DNA of 64,000 bases from Callorhinchus milii (GCF_018977255.1 NW_024704743.1:17796001-17860000), one strand, 5' to 3'. Counted from the first letter of the stretch, positions 12,840-25,796 are shown. Numbers and translations are program-made. Notes: generated from the letters alone by a model not told the origin.

Positions 12840-13339
12840 CTAATTAAAATTAAAACTAATAATAACACGAATAATCCTTGCATTGCGACTCAAAGCGCTT
12901 CACAGGATATACTGTAAAGTGGAGTGACTGTGCTTTAATTGTGGGTGAAATACGGCAGCTGATTTTGCACACAGCAATGTCCGATAATCAGCCATGGAAT
13001 GGGTGAACAATTTTATTTGAGAGATTGTTGGCCAGGACACTAGGAGAAACTCCTTTCCCTTTTCGAATCGTGCCATGGAATCTTTAATGTCCACTCGAAT
13101 GGGCAAATGGGATCTCAAGTTTAACGTCTCATCTGAAGGCTGGCATCTCCGGCAATGTACACACGCCCCCCCAAAAAATGGACTTTAGCCAACAAAAATG
13201 GAAATTAACCATTAACCCAAAACAAATAATGAAAATATTTCTATTTTTAGTGTTCACCATGCGATAAACCGTATTGTGCCTTAATGAATCCCTTCAAATG
13301 CTAAAAGAGACCATATTTGGGATTAAAGTTATACTGTAC

Positions 13340-13504
13340 CTAGTAGCTGCTGAATGGCTCCTTGGTCACTTAAATTTTGGTTTACTATTTCTTCACCAAG
13401 GGATGACATTGACCTCAGAAGTCTTAGACAGTAGTACATTTGAACTTGTTTATTGCCAGAGCCACTAGCACCATGGAACAAATTGCCTTTACCAATGCAT
13501 GGAT
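13340..13504 (-). CDS. CFAP69: CFAP69 exon 13
   Basis: DPCIGKGNLFHGASGSGNKQVQMYYCLRLLRSMSSLGEEIVNQNLSDQGAIQQLL(G); 165 nt. Confidence 0.94.
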
Positions 13505-13970
13505 CTGGGAGGATGAAAAAGAACAATGAGGGTGAGACTTTGGCCTATCTATAGGTTTCTTCTGAACAACCTAACTTGCAGTTTACTTTGGCTAATAATT
13601 TTTTTTGATTTTCAAAGCGTAGGGTTTCAACATTAATCAGCATGTTTAACCTTAAAACACCTTATGGCTACTATGAGTGACAGCAAAAGACTCTCAGGAC
13701 TAATTTCATATTGCAATGAATCACATCTGCCAATGCAAAATGGTCCATATTAATATTTTCTTTATTTCCTGATTGTTAAACATGAATTATTTTCTTCAAT
13801 TTTTACTTTTAGCCACTTTTATATTTACATAGACGGTACAGCACGGAAACAGGCCAGTCAGCCCAACCAGTCTGTGGAAGTCTCCGCTCCTTATTCTCTC
13901 CAATACCCTCCTATTCCCTTCTCCCTCATGTGTATATCTAAACAAATTATATATGTTTGAAGACCTTTAC

Positions 13971-14187
13971 CTTGCCCCACACAGCAATCTAGTAGAAGAA
14001 GCAGGCGAGTGTTTCCTTGACATTCCATGTAATCATCCACCATGAGAGGAGCTACCAAGGTCAGACAGACCATGGCATGAAGTTGTAGCTCCTCAAATTG
14101 GGCTGGAGACCACTCCCGAATTTTGGATTTCACATTCGGCTTAACATAGTGAAATAGGGCCAATAGTACTTGTCCTTCACTAAGCAG
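13971..14187 (-). CDS. CFAP69: CFAP69 exon 12
   Basis: LLSEGQVLLALFHYVKP...WSPAQFEELQLHAM...YMECQGNTRLL...; 217 nt; cag/gtaaag. Confidence 0.95.
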
Positions 14188-14955
14188 CTGGAGGCAAAAA
14201 GACAAATACACAGCAACAAGTTTCAAGCTTTAGAAAGTAGATATCAATTAGTTTAAACCTTATAAGTTGCTCTTATAAATTACAAACCGATATGATTCTG
14301 CAAAGCGAACAAAAAAAGCATAATACTGCACAAAAATAGATACACAAGCAAGCTCGTAGAGTACAAGCTTAACACTATAAATAAAGGCAGTCTGTGAGTC
14401 TTAAAATGTTGGTTCACACTCACAATTCACCTACATGAGGAGTTCTCAGTTTTGGCCAAAATAGAAAAAAGCCCAAAGCTTTGCTAAATTGTGGAGATAG
14501 AGCTTTGAGAGGAAATTCTGCAAATCCAACCTTTCTATTGCATCTCCTAGTGGCCAGTTCAAGAGCAGTATTGGCACAGAACTGGAATTGTGTTGCTTGT
14601 TGTCTTCTCAGCTGGAGAATGGAGCATGGCATTAAAGACAACAAAATCAGCAACTTTGAAAAGCGACGTTTGCTCATGTTAAGTATTTTTGCTGTTTGTT
14701 AATAAGTGCTTTACACACTTGAATGATAGAGCCAGTGGTGGGGTCTAAGTCACGAAGCGTTACATCTGCCACTTTGTTCTATAAATACTGATCTATTATT
14801 CTCTTATGTGGAGTATAAGCACTGGCAAGACTGGATGGGCTGAATGGCCTGTTTCTGGGCTGTACTTTCTATGAGTCTATGAGTTCTCATAGTGATTCAT
14901 ATTGTCCTGATTTTTATAATTTCACTATTGCTTACATTTATTTGTAATAGCTTAC

Positions 14956-15077
14956 CTGTACAGAACCCAAATCGTTAGTCAAAGCAACCATCATGTTAAA
15001 CAATAATTTCTTCATTTCAAAGTCCTCATGACTCGTGGTAAGTTTAAAGTTGGAAAGCAGTGGATTAAAGCTTTTAA
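14956..15077 (-). CDS. CFAP69: CFAP69 exon 11
   Basis: VKSFNPLLSNFKLTTSHEDFEMKKLLFNMMVALTNDLGSVQ; 122 nt; cag/gtaagc. Confidence 0.94.
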
Positions 15078-16063
15078 CTGCATCAAAACATAAATATGAA
15101 AGAGCATGGTACATGGTTACTGAACAGTATTGCAAGCAAATTACTCAAACAATAATAATGCAGTATTGCAGCACTTTAGAGTGCGGGGCATTTTATACTG
15201 ACCCAATATTTATATTACACATACATGAATGTCTGACATGATTCCTTAAGTGGTACGATGAAGTTAGATGCCCTTGGGCATCTGCAAAACTATATGGTCC
15301 AACAGCAATCGTCCAACAGCAAGTACGAGCTCCATGTCAATTCAAACTATGACAGAACATAGCTGGTTGCTACATTATAAAACAATTCATATCCTGTCAA
15401 GAGCTCCTGCTTTGGACACTCTTACTAACTGTATAAGAATCCTCTCGCTAAACACAACCAGCATCAAAAAATTAGTTAAATAACAAGTGTGTATACTGGG
15501 AAATTACTGTATGAAGAGGATTGTAACTGAACCCACACATTTGTCAGAAAAAATATTTTGATAAAGATATATTTTGTAAAAAAAAGGTGAAGTTTGAAGT
15601 TACTCCACTTATACCTCAGTTTTCTCCCTTGTCAAAAATGAAGATTAGAATGAGACTGTAATCAGAAGCTTCACAAAGCCTTGCATCAGCCAGGCTAGAA
15701 ACTAATAAAATAACCACTGCCATGATTTCAAAATAACAGCAGCCATTTGTCAGTTCCATTTTGGTTGACTTGACTATTTTACAGCCAGCCATTTTGAACC
15801 CTGCCCATGGAAAAACAGCACAGAAAATGTTGGTTAGTTGCAATTTGCTTACAAACACTTTACAGTAAATGGTAAATGCTGCAAAGCACTTTGCGACGTT
15901 TCAAGGCGCTTTATCAAATTCCTGGTTCACTTGGGCCAAATAGCCTTCTTCTGTACTGAAAAATTATTGTTTATTATTATTAATTATATGAGAAGTTCAA
16001 AGCATGGATGACAAACAAGAACTGGGTTATTTATTTTGTTTTGGACTATTGGGAGAAGCTTAC

Positions 16064-16112
16064 CTTCAGGGAATCCTGCAAACATGATTAGATGTTTAGC
16101 AAAGCCAGTTTC
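16064..16112 (-). CDS. CFAP69: CFAP69 exon 10
   Basis: ETGFAKHLIMFAGFPE; 49 nt; tag/gtaagc. Confidence 0.9.
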
Positions 16113-16406
16113 CTATTATAAAAGCAAGGCACAATAAAAAGTAATTTTAGGATATGACGATCTCTGCAGTTTTTTTTATTACAGCAGTAATAAGTTTGAA
16201 GTAATTTAACAAAATGAAACATATTTCAACAATTGTTGTACAATGAAGAGATCATATGACTGGATTCAACAAGTTTGCCTCAAGTGAATTCTTGTTAAGC
16301 AAATATTCTAATTTTGTAGTTTGGTTGTTCTGTGATCTCAGTAAAAGAAAACTTTGCTTAGGAATGGCAAATTCATGCTTGCCTTGAATTTAAAAACACA
16401 ACTTAC

Positions 16407-16530
16407 AATAAATGGAGCCAAGGGAGATTCTGCTACGAGAGTAGCTAAGACTAGCAAGTCATTTCGAAGCTGTTTATCGTAATGGCGATAACCATGTAGG
16501 GCTTGGTTCATGAAGGTTTCTTTCAGTGCC
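16407..16530 (-). CDS. CFAP69: CFAP69 exon 9
   Basis: ALKETFMNQALHGYRHYDKQLRNDLLVLATLVAESPLAPFI; 124 nt; cag/gtaagt. Confidence 0.95.
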
Positions 16531-16929
16531 CTGAAGAACAAAATCAAGATTGTGTCTATTGTAGATGTAATACACAGACGTCTCAAAGCGCTTCATAGAA
16601 TATACTGTAAAGTAAATTGACTGTATATTTTGTTTGTCCTGCACTCTCCAGACTATGTACTATTCTAAATGTGATGCTTCCAATTTGCTTGAAGGGAATC
16701 CAGAAACAAGTCTCTTTTCATTTTTAGTTGGTGTATGTCAGGTCACAATTTGAATCACTTTAACTGCTATCAAAGTCATGTGTGCTCAAATTATTTCAAT
16801 TAAATGATTGATTCAAATTAAAGAACTTGAAATACTGCAGTTCTGATTTAACTACAAAAAGCACAAGCAACTAAAAAAAAACACACCTACTTGGTGCTTT
16901 ATGGCCAGTAGTTCCTTCGAATTACTCAC

Positions 16930-17107
16930 ATGATACATTCAAAGTTGGACAACTGATTAATAACTTCTTTCTTAGAGCCATTTTCAAGAAGATTCCATAA
17001 AATCTCAGCTGATCGAAATAGTAGTTGTCCAGATGGGTCGGGAGCATTCAGACAGTGACAGATTCGGTTTGCAGCTTGTGCATTCAACATCAAGTTACAA
17101 TTCATAA
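16930..17107 (-). CDS. CFAP69: CFAP69 exon 8
   Basis: MNCNLMLNAQAANRICHCLNAPDPSGQLLFRSAEILWNLLENGSKKEVINQLSNFECI; DPSGQLLFRS matches human; 178 nt. Confidence 0.95.
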
Positions 17108-17504
17108 CTGTAATTTAACAGATAAAAAATCAAGGCATTGAGGGGTATGGTGAAAGGGTGGCCATTGGGATAAAAAGATCTGATAAAATCTGATACTAAT
17201 AGAACAGGATTGGACTGAATGACCTTCTCCTGTTCCTGCTTATCCACAGGGTTACCAAAAGTTGTGATACCATTACCATATCTAATAAGTCTTAGAGAAA
17301 TAATGATATATATTTTTTAGATAATAGGGTTGTACAAGGTGAGAGTATATATCTGAAATAAAAATGTTGTGTGGAAATACTTTAGTAAAATATTTAGCAG
17401 GTTTAATAAGTAAAATCTACAAGATTAAAATATTTATATAAATGTACTAAAAAAAAGGAATATTTACGCACACAAAATTACAACTTGATTCAGTAACCAC
17501 ATAC

Positions 17505-17657
17505 CTGATGACATGGATAGAAATTGCAAGGTCTGGATTATCCGCAACTTTATCTCCAACTGGTCTTCAACCAAGGTAAGACCCATAACCAAGCTTTCTA
17601 CCACTCCACTCTCTTCAATCATCTGCATGTTGTAGCTCTTCTTAGTGGGGTAATAAC
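17505..17657 (-). CDS. CFAP69: CFAP69 exon 7
   Basis: YYPTKKSYNMQMIEESGVVESLVMGLTLVEDQLEIKLRIIQTLQFLSMSS; 153 nt; cag/gtatgt. Confidence 0.92.
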
Positions 17658-18110
17658 CTGTGACCAAATTTATGGCAATTTAAAAAAGGCTTGAATTATT
17701 AGAATGCATAAATCTATGGAGCATAAATTTATTACTCCTGCAATCACTTAAGTCAAAAGTATAATTCAGATAGGGCGTGAAATTGCGAACAGGTGTCTAA
17801 ATGACTCATTTGCTGCCACAAATATGACTTGTAGCATCCCAGTGGTGCAGTGTGTTTGCAGGTTAAATCTTATATTTGATACTAATTACATCTTATTCTA
17901 ACAAATACAAGATAATTACACTTTAAAAGTAATTCATTATGTGAAGTGTTTTGAGGCTTGTAAAGCTGTCTGTATTAATAAGGTCCAACCATGTAACCTT
18001 GGACACTACAAGATTTTTGACAGCATTTTCTGAAAACACTTAGTGAGCAATTACAAATAAAATGCATTTAATATTAGATAATAAGTCATTCAAAGAGATG
18101 AAAGGTATAC

Positions 18111-18209
18111 CTTCAATTTCCTGGTCAAGGGGTTCTTCGTTATAGAGCCTCATGATAGAGTTACAGAGTTGCATTCTCACCTCATTACTGGGCATTCTCA
18201 GTAGGTAAC
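18111..18209 (-). CDS. CFAP69: CFAP69 exon 6
   Basis: YLLRMPSNEVRMQLCNSIMRLYNEEPLDQEIE(G); 99 nt; cag/gtatac. Confidence 0.9.
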
Positions 18210-19907
18210 CTGCCAGAATAAATCATGCTTTCAAAAAAATATTCTATATCCAACAGTAAAATCCTACATGTATTTTTGAAGTTTTAATATTTAAAAAGCA
18301 TACAACAGAAAATGATGTCAGTACACAAATCATACTAAATTCAACAATTAACTGTGGCAACTGCGGGGTACAATACAAAGCAAAGCTTTAAAATGGACAA
18401 ACCTTAAATGACACTAGAGATTCGAAGACACTTCACACTCCAGAGTAGTTCAGATCATTAGATAAGAGGAAAAATCTATCAATAAATGTAGTGGCGTCTG
18501 AGTCCATTAACTCTTTCAAAAAGGACAAATATCTGGGATGATTAAGTAATCCAAGAGGCACAATAAGACAGGATTCTCACTACTACTGTCAGGGGAAAAT
18601 CTGTTTGAGGGAGGCAGCAAACCAGGGTTGAACACTGAGTGTAAGACTGACTGAATATACTTGACTTCTACATAGCCCCGGTAGTCTGTATTTATGCTTA
18701 ACTTTCCCTCAGAAGATTAATAGGTGGATTAACAGAAGAATAAATGATACAACAAGAACAATTTCCATTTATATAGCACCTTTCATGTGGGGTAGCGTCT
18801 CGGAGTTGAGGCAGCAAGTGATGGGCTTCGTATGGGTGCTAATGGCTAAGAGGAAGGAGGAAGAAATTGGGCAGAGGAGAGTAGGATGGGGCAATGGTAG
18901 GAGCATCAGTGAAAAATTGGGTGAAGTAGAAGATATGGGGGGAATTGCTGTGGGACATGGGAAGGAAGAAGATCGGCCAAGCAGATGTGGTCTATCTGTG
19001 AGAAAAAGATGTTCATGACCTCTTCACACATGGCATTTGACGAAGAATTAAGTGTGCTTGACAGGGCGTGCAGATGAGGTGATGTGTAGTTTGGGATTAT
19101 TTTTGGTCTTCGGGGTGGCCTGGGAGTAGAATGTGGTTTGGGTTTGAGTGTGGAAGTGTCTGAAGATGCTCAAGCCACAACTCCCACATGGTCTGTGGGA
19201 AAGAGTGGATTGGAATGGGCTTCCATTCTTTTTATCTTGTTTACTGCAGAGCAAACAAGCACAAAGCAGTTTTAAAATGTGTGTATTATACACTAAACTT
19301 GCCTTTATACCCTATCCCTATTTTTTAAACTATCATTGGTTAAATATAGTCAGCAAACATTAGAATTATTCAAGAAAACTCCATGTTAATCTTTTTTTTG
19401 CTCGCAAATACACAGTCACTCCACTTTGGGACTTCGGGAGCGCTTTGGGATGCCTTCCCGATGTGATAGGCACTATACCAACTGCAAAGATTATAATTGT
19501 AACAAGTTCCTGATCTCAGTTGATGAGAATGTAAAACAGTGGTCTAAGACTTCTTTACAAAGATGGCCATGGGTGGCAAAATAATCAAAGAAATCAGTTA
19601 ACAAGTCATTTCTTAAAGAGCATAATTGCCAGTAAATTCCTGGTTTACTGAGTAAACAACTAAAGAACAAAATTAGCAGAGAACTGAGATCAGATTCGCT
19701 GTACACCTTAGTCCAGAGCTCACAGGGACCCAAAGAGAAGAAAAATAAAGGTAAAATATCACAACTATTTATCCGGATACAAATCATACTGTCCAGAAAA
19801 TTAAAGTTCTGTTTTTCTCCTTGATACCAGTTTGTGGATTATTCTACATTAACAATTTAAAAGTGTTTCGCAGCTTCTAATAAAACAAGATGATTTCATC
19901 TACATAC

Positions 19908-19984
19908 CCATCTGTGAAATGGATTCGGACACAATCTGGGCAAAGTTTAATTCATCAGATAACTTCTCCTTTAGGAAGCCTAAA
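19908..19984 (-). CDS. CFAP69: CFAP69 exon 5
   Basis: LGFLKEKLSDELNFAQIVSESISQM(G); 77 nt; cag/gtatgt. Confidence 0.92.
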
Positions 19985-20636
19985 CTGAGGAAGAAAGGGT
20001 GAAAGCAAGTAACAAGTTTAGATAATAATAATAATCATAATCCTTTTGGGTTGAAAAGGATTTAAAGACACTACAACCATAATGTTGCTGAGAAAATGTA
20101 TCTAGCAGTTCACAAATATGTGATACAATCATGATGTCATCATCATCATTAATTATTTAATGAATTACTACTAATTAATCATATTAATTAAGATTAATTA
20201 ATAATAATCCCCTGCATTTGATATGGTCCCTATAGCACTGAAACATCTCAAAATGCTTCCAAAATAATTTCCAAGTGCTTTGAGACATTCTGCTGATGCA
20301 AACAGTGCTATATAAATGTAAGTTATATTGTATTGCTGTTAAAATAATATTTGTTTCTGTATTTAATATAGAGTCTCTAACCTCATGATCTTTCAAAGCA
20401 CTTATGTAAAGTGCAATGACTTTGTATTATTTCGGAGGTGTCATCGTATGATATATAAAAGCAATGTCTCATTGCAGACATTGAAGATTCAAAAAAGAGA
20501 AGAGGATTCCTTCCAGTATTCTGGCCAACAATCCCCCAGATAAAATTGGTCATTCACCTTTGACTGTATGTGGGACATTGCTGTGTACAAATTAGCTACC
20601 GCATTGCGTGCAAGTTACCCAACCACTAAGCTTTAC

Positions 20637-21975
20637 ACCTCTTGGTGACATCATCGCAGATCAACTTCCACATGTATGCAGATGACACCCAACTCTATCT
20701 CTCTGCCTCCGCCCTTGACTCCAGGACCACTGCTGTCTGACAGAATGTCTGTCAGGCATCAAGTCCTGGATGAGAGCAAACTTTCGTCAGTTGAAAAGTC
20801 AACAAGACCAACTGATTGGTTCCCGTCAGCACCTCCACACCTCAGGCGCTGACAGCCTCACTGTCCAGGCATGCACACTCCACTTACTAAGCCAGTCCAG
20901 AACCTTGGCGTCTTCTTTGACGCTCAACTATCCTTTCTATATCACATCCGTGCCATGACCGGCTCTGCCTCCCCGCCACCTCCGCAATATCGCCTGGCTC
21001 CACCACTGTCTCACACCGCAGGCAGCTGAGACCCTCATACATGCATTTGTAACATCCAGGTTTGACTACGCAAACTCCTTGCTTGTCAGCCTCCCCAACT
21101 CTTCCCTCCAGAGGCTGCAGATCATCCAGAACTCGGAAGGCTGTGTCCTCTCCCGCACCAGGCTCCGTGACCCTTTCATTTTCATCCTCGCCTGACTCCA
21201 CTGACTTCCCATCACACTGAGGATACAGTTCAAGATCCTGGTCCTTACCTTCAAAGCCTTCCCTGACTTTGCTCCCCCCTACCTCTGCGACCTCCTTACC
21301 CACTACCATTCTGCCCACTCCCTCCGCTCAGTGGGCTCCAGCCTGCTTCACGTCCCCCGCCTCGTCCATCCCACCACTGATTTTCAGACACTCTGCTCCC
21401 ACCCCTTGGAACTCCATCTCACAGTCCCTCCGCCTCAGCCCCTCCCTTGCCTTCTTCAAGACCCGCCTCTTACCATAAATAATAATAATCCTTGCATTTG
21501 ATATAGCGCTTTTCACGTCGGGAGGACGTCCCAAAGCGCTTCACAGAACACACTGTAAAGTGAATTGACTGTATATTTGTGGGCGAACGCGGCAGCCAAT
21601 TGCGCACAGCAATGTCCCACAAACAGTCGTAGATTAAAAATGACCAATTTATTATTGTTTTGTTTTTGGAGGGATTATTATTAGGCGTGTGGAGTAAGGA
21701 AACTTGCCCAAGGTTTCGCCCTCTGCCTGGAATTGAACTCAGGTCTCTCGCTTGCAAAGTGAGTGCTCTAACCACTGAGCTACAGGACTCCACAACCACT
21801 GAGCTACAGGACTCCACAACCACTGAGCTACAGGACTCCATGCCTTGGATCACCCTCCTTTCCTCCCTGCCCTTCACCCTCCCTGATCCCGATCCCCAGC
21901 TCAGGTCCGAACACTGATTGTCTAGCGCCTTGGGACATCCTCCCAACGTGAAAAGCGCTATACAAATGTTTACAG
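20637..21975 (+). mobile_element. L2 3' portion, interrupted by a SINE at 21478-21839
   Basis: HMYADDTQLY at the 5' end; the L2 3'UTR resumes at about 21841. Confidence 0.88.
21478..21839 (-). mobile_element. Full-length tRNA-derived SINE with triplicated 24-bp 5' end
   Basis: aaccactgagctacaggactccac x3 at 21770-21840. Confidence 0.9.
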
Positions 21976-22145
21976 TAAATCTTCCTGACATGAACGGCGT
22001 TACATCAAATGCATGGACTTTTTTTATTATTACTGATGGCATGATTGTGCCATTATATAGTAAAGAAGCATCTCATCTTATTTAATATCACATCTCACAG
22101 TATGTCTCATTGATTCGTGAATAATGATAAGAAACAACCGCTTAC

Positions 22146-22255
22146 CCACACAGTCTGAGGATTTCACATATCGACTGCATGTAGATTTCGTGATCTTTGA
22201 CTTTTTCCTCACAGAGATTTAGAATTTTACAGATATGCACCAACTCTTTTATTGG
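22146..22255 (-). CDS. CFAP69: CFAP69 exon 4
   Basis: PIKELVHICKILNLCEEKVKDHEIYMQSICEILRLC(G); 110 nt; donor gtaagc. Confidence 0.92.
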
Positions 22256-23528
22256 CTTTTAAGAAGAATAAAGTTAAGGCTGCAAAAAAACATCAATATC
22301 TTTTCACATTTAAACCCAATAATCATATCCCAACCATTTTAGATTTAGTCAGATTATAATGTGCTGAACTGTGTGGTGCTGAAGGCAACTTTATTTTATC
22401 TGCTGTCCTTTCATTTGAATGTATTGTCACATAATTTACACCTTTAAGAGCAATTGGATTGTCTGTGGAAGAGTTAAAAAAAAGCTTTCAAGTCTTTCCA
22501 AATATTACCTTTAGCAATGTGAAAAAAATGACTGTTAGCATTTTAACTATTAGGCAATAGAAAGAACACAATAAACTATCTTGTGCAGTTAGATGAGGCA
22601 CTGAACTCGTGAACCGGGTGTGGAAGAACATGTTTGTTTAGTCATGGCAGCAACATATGCTCAGCGAAGTGTCAGGCACCTACCTGGATTCTCCTGCACC
22701 TCCAGTTAAAGTAACTGTAATCTGTTTGTAAATAAGATTTATTTATCAAATTTATATATTGAATATAAAAGTAGAAATGTAATTGGAATTGTATAGAACT
22801 TTGCTTAGGCTACGAAGAACAGAGGATACAGCCTGCAATTGAAGGGGGGTAAATTCAGAACCAATCTACACAAACATTAATTCAGTGAGCAAATAGTGAA
22901 CCTGTGGAACAAGCTCCCTGGGGAGACGGTTGAAGCAGGAAGTGTTGATTCTTTCAAACACAGATTAGATATTTTCTTTTAGGAAATAACATTATGGGAT
23001 ATGGTACATAGGTAGCTCAGGACATATGTGCTTGCGACCGCCAGGAAGGTGGAAGACGAACTAGATGGACCTTAGTCTTTTTTCGTCTAGCATTTCGTAT
23101 GTTCTTATTGTGTTCAGTTTTGGGAGCTAAAGTACATCATAGAGATGAAGAGTGTGCAGCACAGAATCACTTGGCTGTACTGGAGTGAGCATCAATATAT
23201 AACTGGGTGCTGGAGAGAAAGAAAGAAAAGGGAGAGTGTGGAGAAGATGGCTGTAAAAAGGAATAAGTTCCTTATCAAAAATAAAACTTTCTTTATATTG
23301 TTAAAACCTGTGGTGGAGGTTTGTTTTCTGGGTGTGACCCACGCCTTCCTGCAGCATTTTGCTATAACACAGGTTTGTTGTTATAGTACAATCTTACTAA
23401 ACTGTAAGCTCTGAGCATTTACTGTATTAGATCATCCTAGCCCCAGGTTACTCTTAACAACACTAAATCTGATTTTACAATGGAATACTGCTTTTCTCAA
23501 CTGTACATATATCAACGAAAAAGGATAC
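22256..23528 (-). other. CFAP69: U12-type (minor spliceosome) GT-AG intron, CFAP69 intron 3
   Basis: 5'SS GTATCCTTT; branch CCTTAAC at 22279-22273, about 18 nt from the AAG acceptor. Confidence 0.9.
22828..23105 (+). mobile_element. CR1 3' end; a closely similar copy is at about 55922-56147
   Basis: LQLKGGKFRTN...WN.LP motif plus shared 3'UTR. Confidence 0.8.
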
Positions 23529-23594
23529 AAAACCAAACTGATAGTTTTTCACTATTCTCTTCAGAAGAATTAGATGTCTCTCAAAAAGATTGCA
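23529..23594 (-). CDS. CFAP69: CFAP69 exon 3
   Basis: CNLFERHLILLKRIVKNYQFGF; cag|...|GTATCCTTT (U12 donor); 66 nt. Confidence 0.88.
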
Positions 23595-24927
23595 CTGCAG
23601 GAAATACAGAAAATTGGTTTGTGCACTGGAATGACCTCAATTCTTTCATTTCTAGTAGAACTCTAGTACTTTAGAACTCTAGTCAGTACTGCAGACATAT
23701 GGTTCGTGAAGGGTGCTATATAAATACAAGTTGTCATTGTAGTATGTTGTATACCGTTGTATATCTTATTGTCACCAGAGATCCCACAAAAAGACTTTTA
23801 AAAGTTAAATCCAGAAATTTAAGCTGCTTGTCTAAAAATGCAATGTATGAATTTAGCCATAACAAACCAATACCACAATCAGTAGTCTTTTTAGAAGTCA
23901 AAATGCTAAAAATCTTTGTATTCATTGTTTTTTCTAATTTGGAAACAGGTTTCATGGAAGAATGTTGGAAAACCATCTACATCTAATCTCTTCGTACTAA
24001 TGCCCAGCAAATGCCTCCACATGAGAGTCGCATTAAAATTATACCCCAAACAGCCATACCACTTAAATCTCTGCAACTCGCTGGCTCAAACTTATGGAAG
24101 AACTGGCAACCTCGCTACATCTTCTAGTTCTGTTCTAAATATTGGGAATACTGGATTTCAGCATGTGAATGCAACAAAACAAACTGAGATGGTTTTACTG
24201 TCTCCTATGTTTTACAATGAGGTAATATACATGCTCCTAAGGGAAATGATAGCGTTACAGGCACATCACCATTGGAAAAAGTGTCTCAGGTTGCAAACTG
24301 CGTTTTCGGCAAAGTATGTCATACTGACTCAAGAACCTTAGCTCTAAGATAATCTCCTCCAGTATCTTGGACTCACAATTGCCTACTCTACATTACATAC
24401 CATATTTTATTGTGTACTTTGCATTTTTCTTTTTTACTATGCAGTGGATTGTTGAAACTGACACTCCAATTTACATTATAATTCTGTATTCTTAATCATT
24501 TTTGCAAATTAAAATCCAAAATCGAATCAATTCTGGGTATGGCATCATAAGCCAACATTTATAAACCAACTATGATATTATTTAAAAGGGAAATTAGCAA
24601 TATTATTTTTTTTCCCCCAAAGTATGCTTTACTTTATTTTCTAATCTATATTCAAGATTTTTATAGTTTCGGTCAAATTTTAAAATAATGTTACATGGAT
24701 AGATAACTTACATTTTATATGAATTTCTGTCAAATAGAACAAATTAACATCATATATTGAAAAATCCATAAACGAACCAAATCAGAACATTACTTTTATT
24801 TCAATTTATTGACACAATTGAATACAAACATAATCTATGCTATATTAAATTAAGATACAATAAAATTGATTTAAATTGTATCTGACAAATAAAGAAAACT
24901 TAAGTTTATTTTTAAGAAATTACTTAC

Positions 24928-24990
24928 TGAAAATTGATCTTCCATTAGTTTAATAACTCGGATGAAATCCACAGGCTTTATCCGAAACCT
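24928..24990 (-). CDS. CFAP69: CFAP69 exon 2
   Basis: RFRIKPVDFIRVIKLMEDQFS (human FKPMDLNRVIKLLEE); cag|...|gtaagt; 63 nt. Confidence 0.9.
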
Positions 24991-25283
24991 CTGATAAACA
25001 AAATGGAAAAAAAAGTGTGACATCTCCGATAATTCCAGATGCTCCAAGATGCTAGCTGTTATATAAATGAAAGTTGTTGTTTTAAGTCATTTATTAGCAT
25101 TGTCTGGATCACTTTGTCATTTCCTTTCATAATCTTGAATATGTTAATTAAGCCATCTCCAAGATTCACTGTTTGATTGCAGTGTCAGCCTGGCTTCGTT
25201 GGTAGAACTATCACCTCTCAGTCAGAAAGTTATGTGTTCCTCACATCGGGATATTAAACACATGGTCTTGGCTGACACTTGAA

Positions 25284-25543
25284 TAGGGTGACCATATGTC
25301 TCCCGATTTCCGAGCACAGTACCCAGATGAGGCATTGTGTCCCTGGACAAATTTGCCCTGTCTTGAGTTCGGCAACAAACTGAGCAAGAACAATAAAATC
25401 CTAAAACAGATACACTCATCAGAGAAATACATCCATTAATCCTACAAGCTTCTCCAGTACTGCCAGCATCAGTTCAATTCTTGCTGTGAGTTCAATTCTT
25501 TTTATATTTCCTCGGATTTGCTTTACAAAATACTGTCACCCTA
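25284..25543. mobile_element. hAT-like MITE nested in an old SINE head
   Basis: TIRs TAGGGTGAC...GTCACCCTA (Blackjack/MER81-like ends); no clear TSD. Confidence 0.55.
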
Positions 25544-25796
25544 AATAATGCAGTGTTTGGGGTATGCTGCATTGTCAGAAATGCTGCACTTCAGCTGAGA
25601 CATTAAAACTGAGTTTTAGTAGGGGGTTAGGGGGTCGCAGAGGTAAGGGGAAGCAAGGCCATGGAGGTCTTTGAAGGTGAGGACCAGGATCTTCAACCTT
25701 ATCCTCTGTGTGATGGGAAGCCAGTGGAGTCGGGCAAGGATGGGGGTGAAGACAAGGCTCTATATCAAACACAAGGATTATTATTATTATTATTAT

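Noticed and set aside
18101..18110. Donor GTATACCTTT as a second U12 intron
   Set aside because: Deviates from GTATCCT at +5 and there is no CCTTAAC branch before exon 7; treated as a weak U2 donor
21770..21840. CRISPR-like direct repeats (also 60501-60580)
   Set aside because: Head-to-tail tandem copies without spacers, in eukaryotic TE sequence
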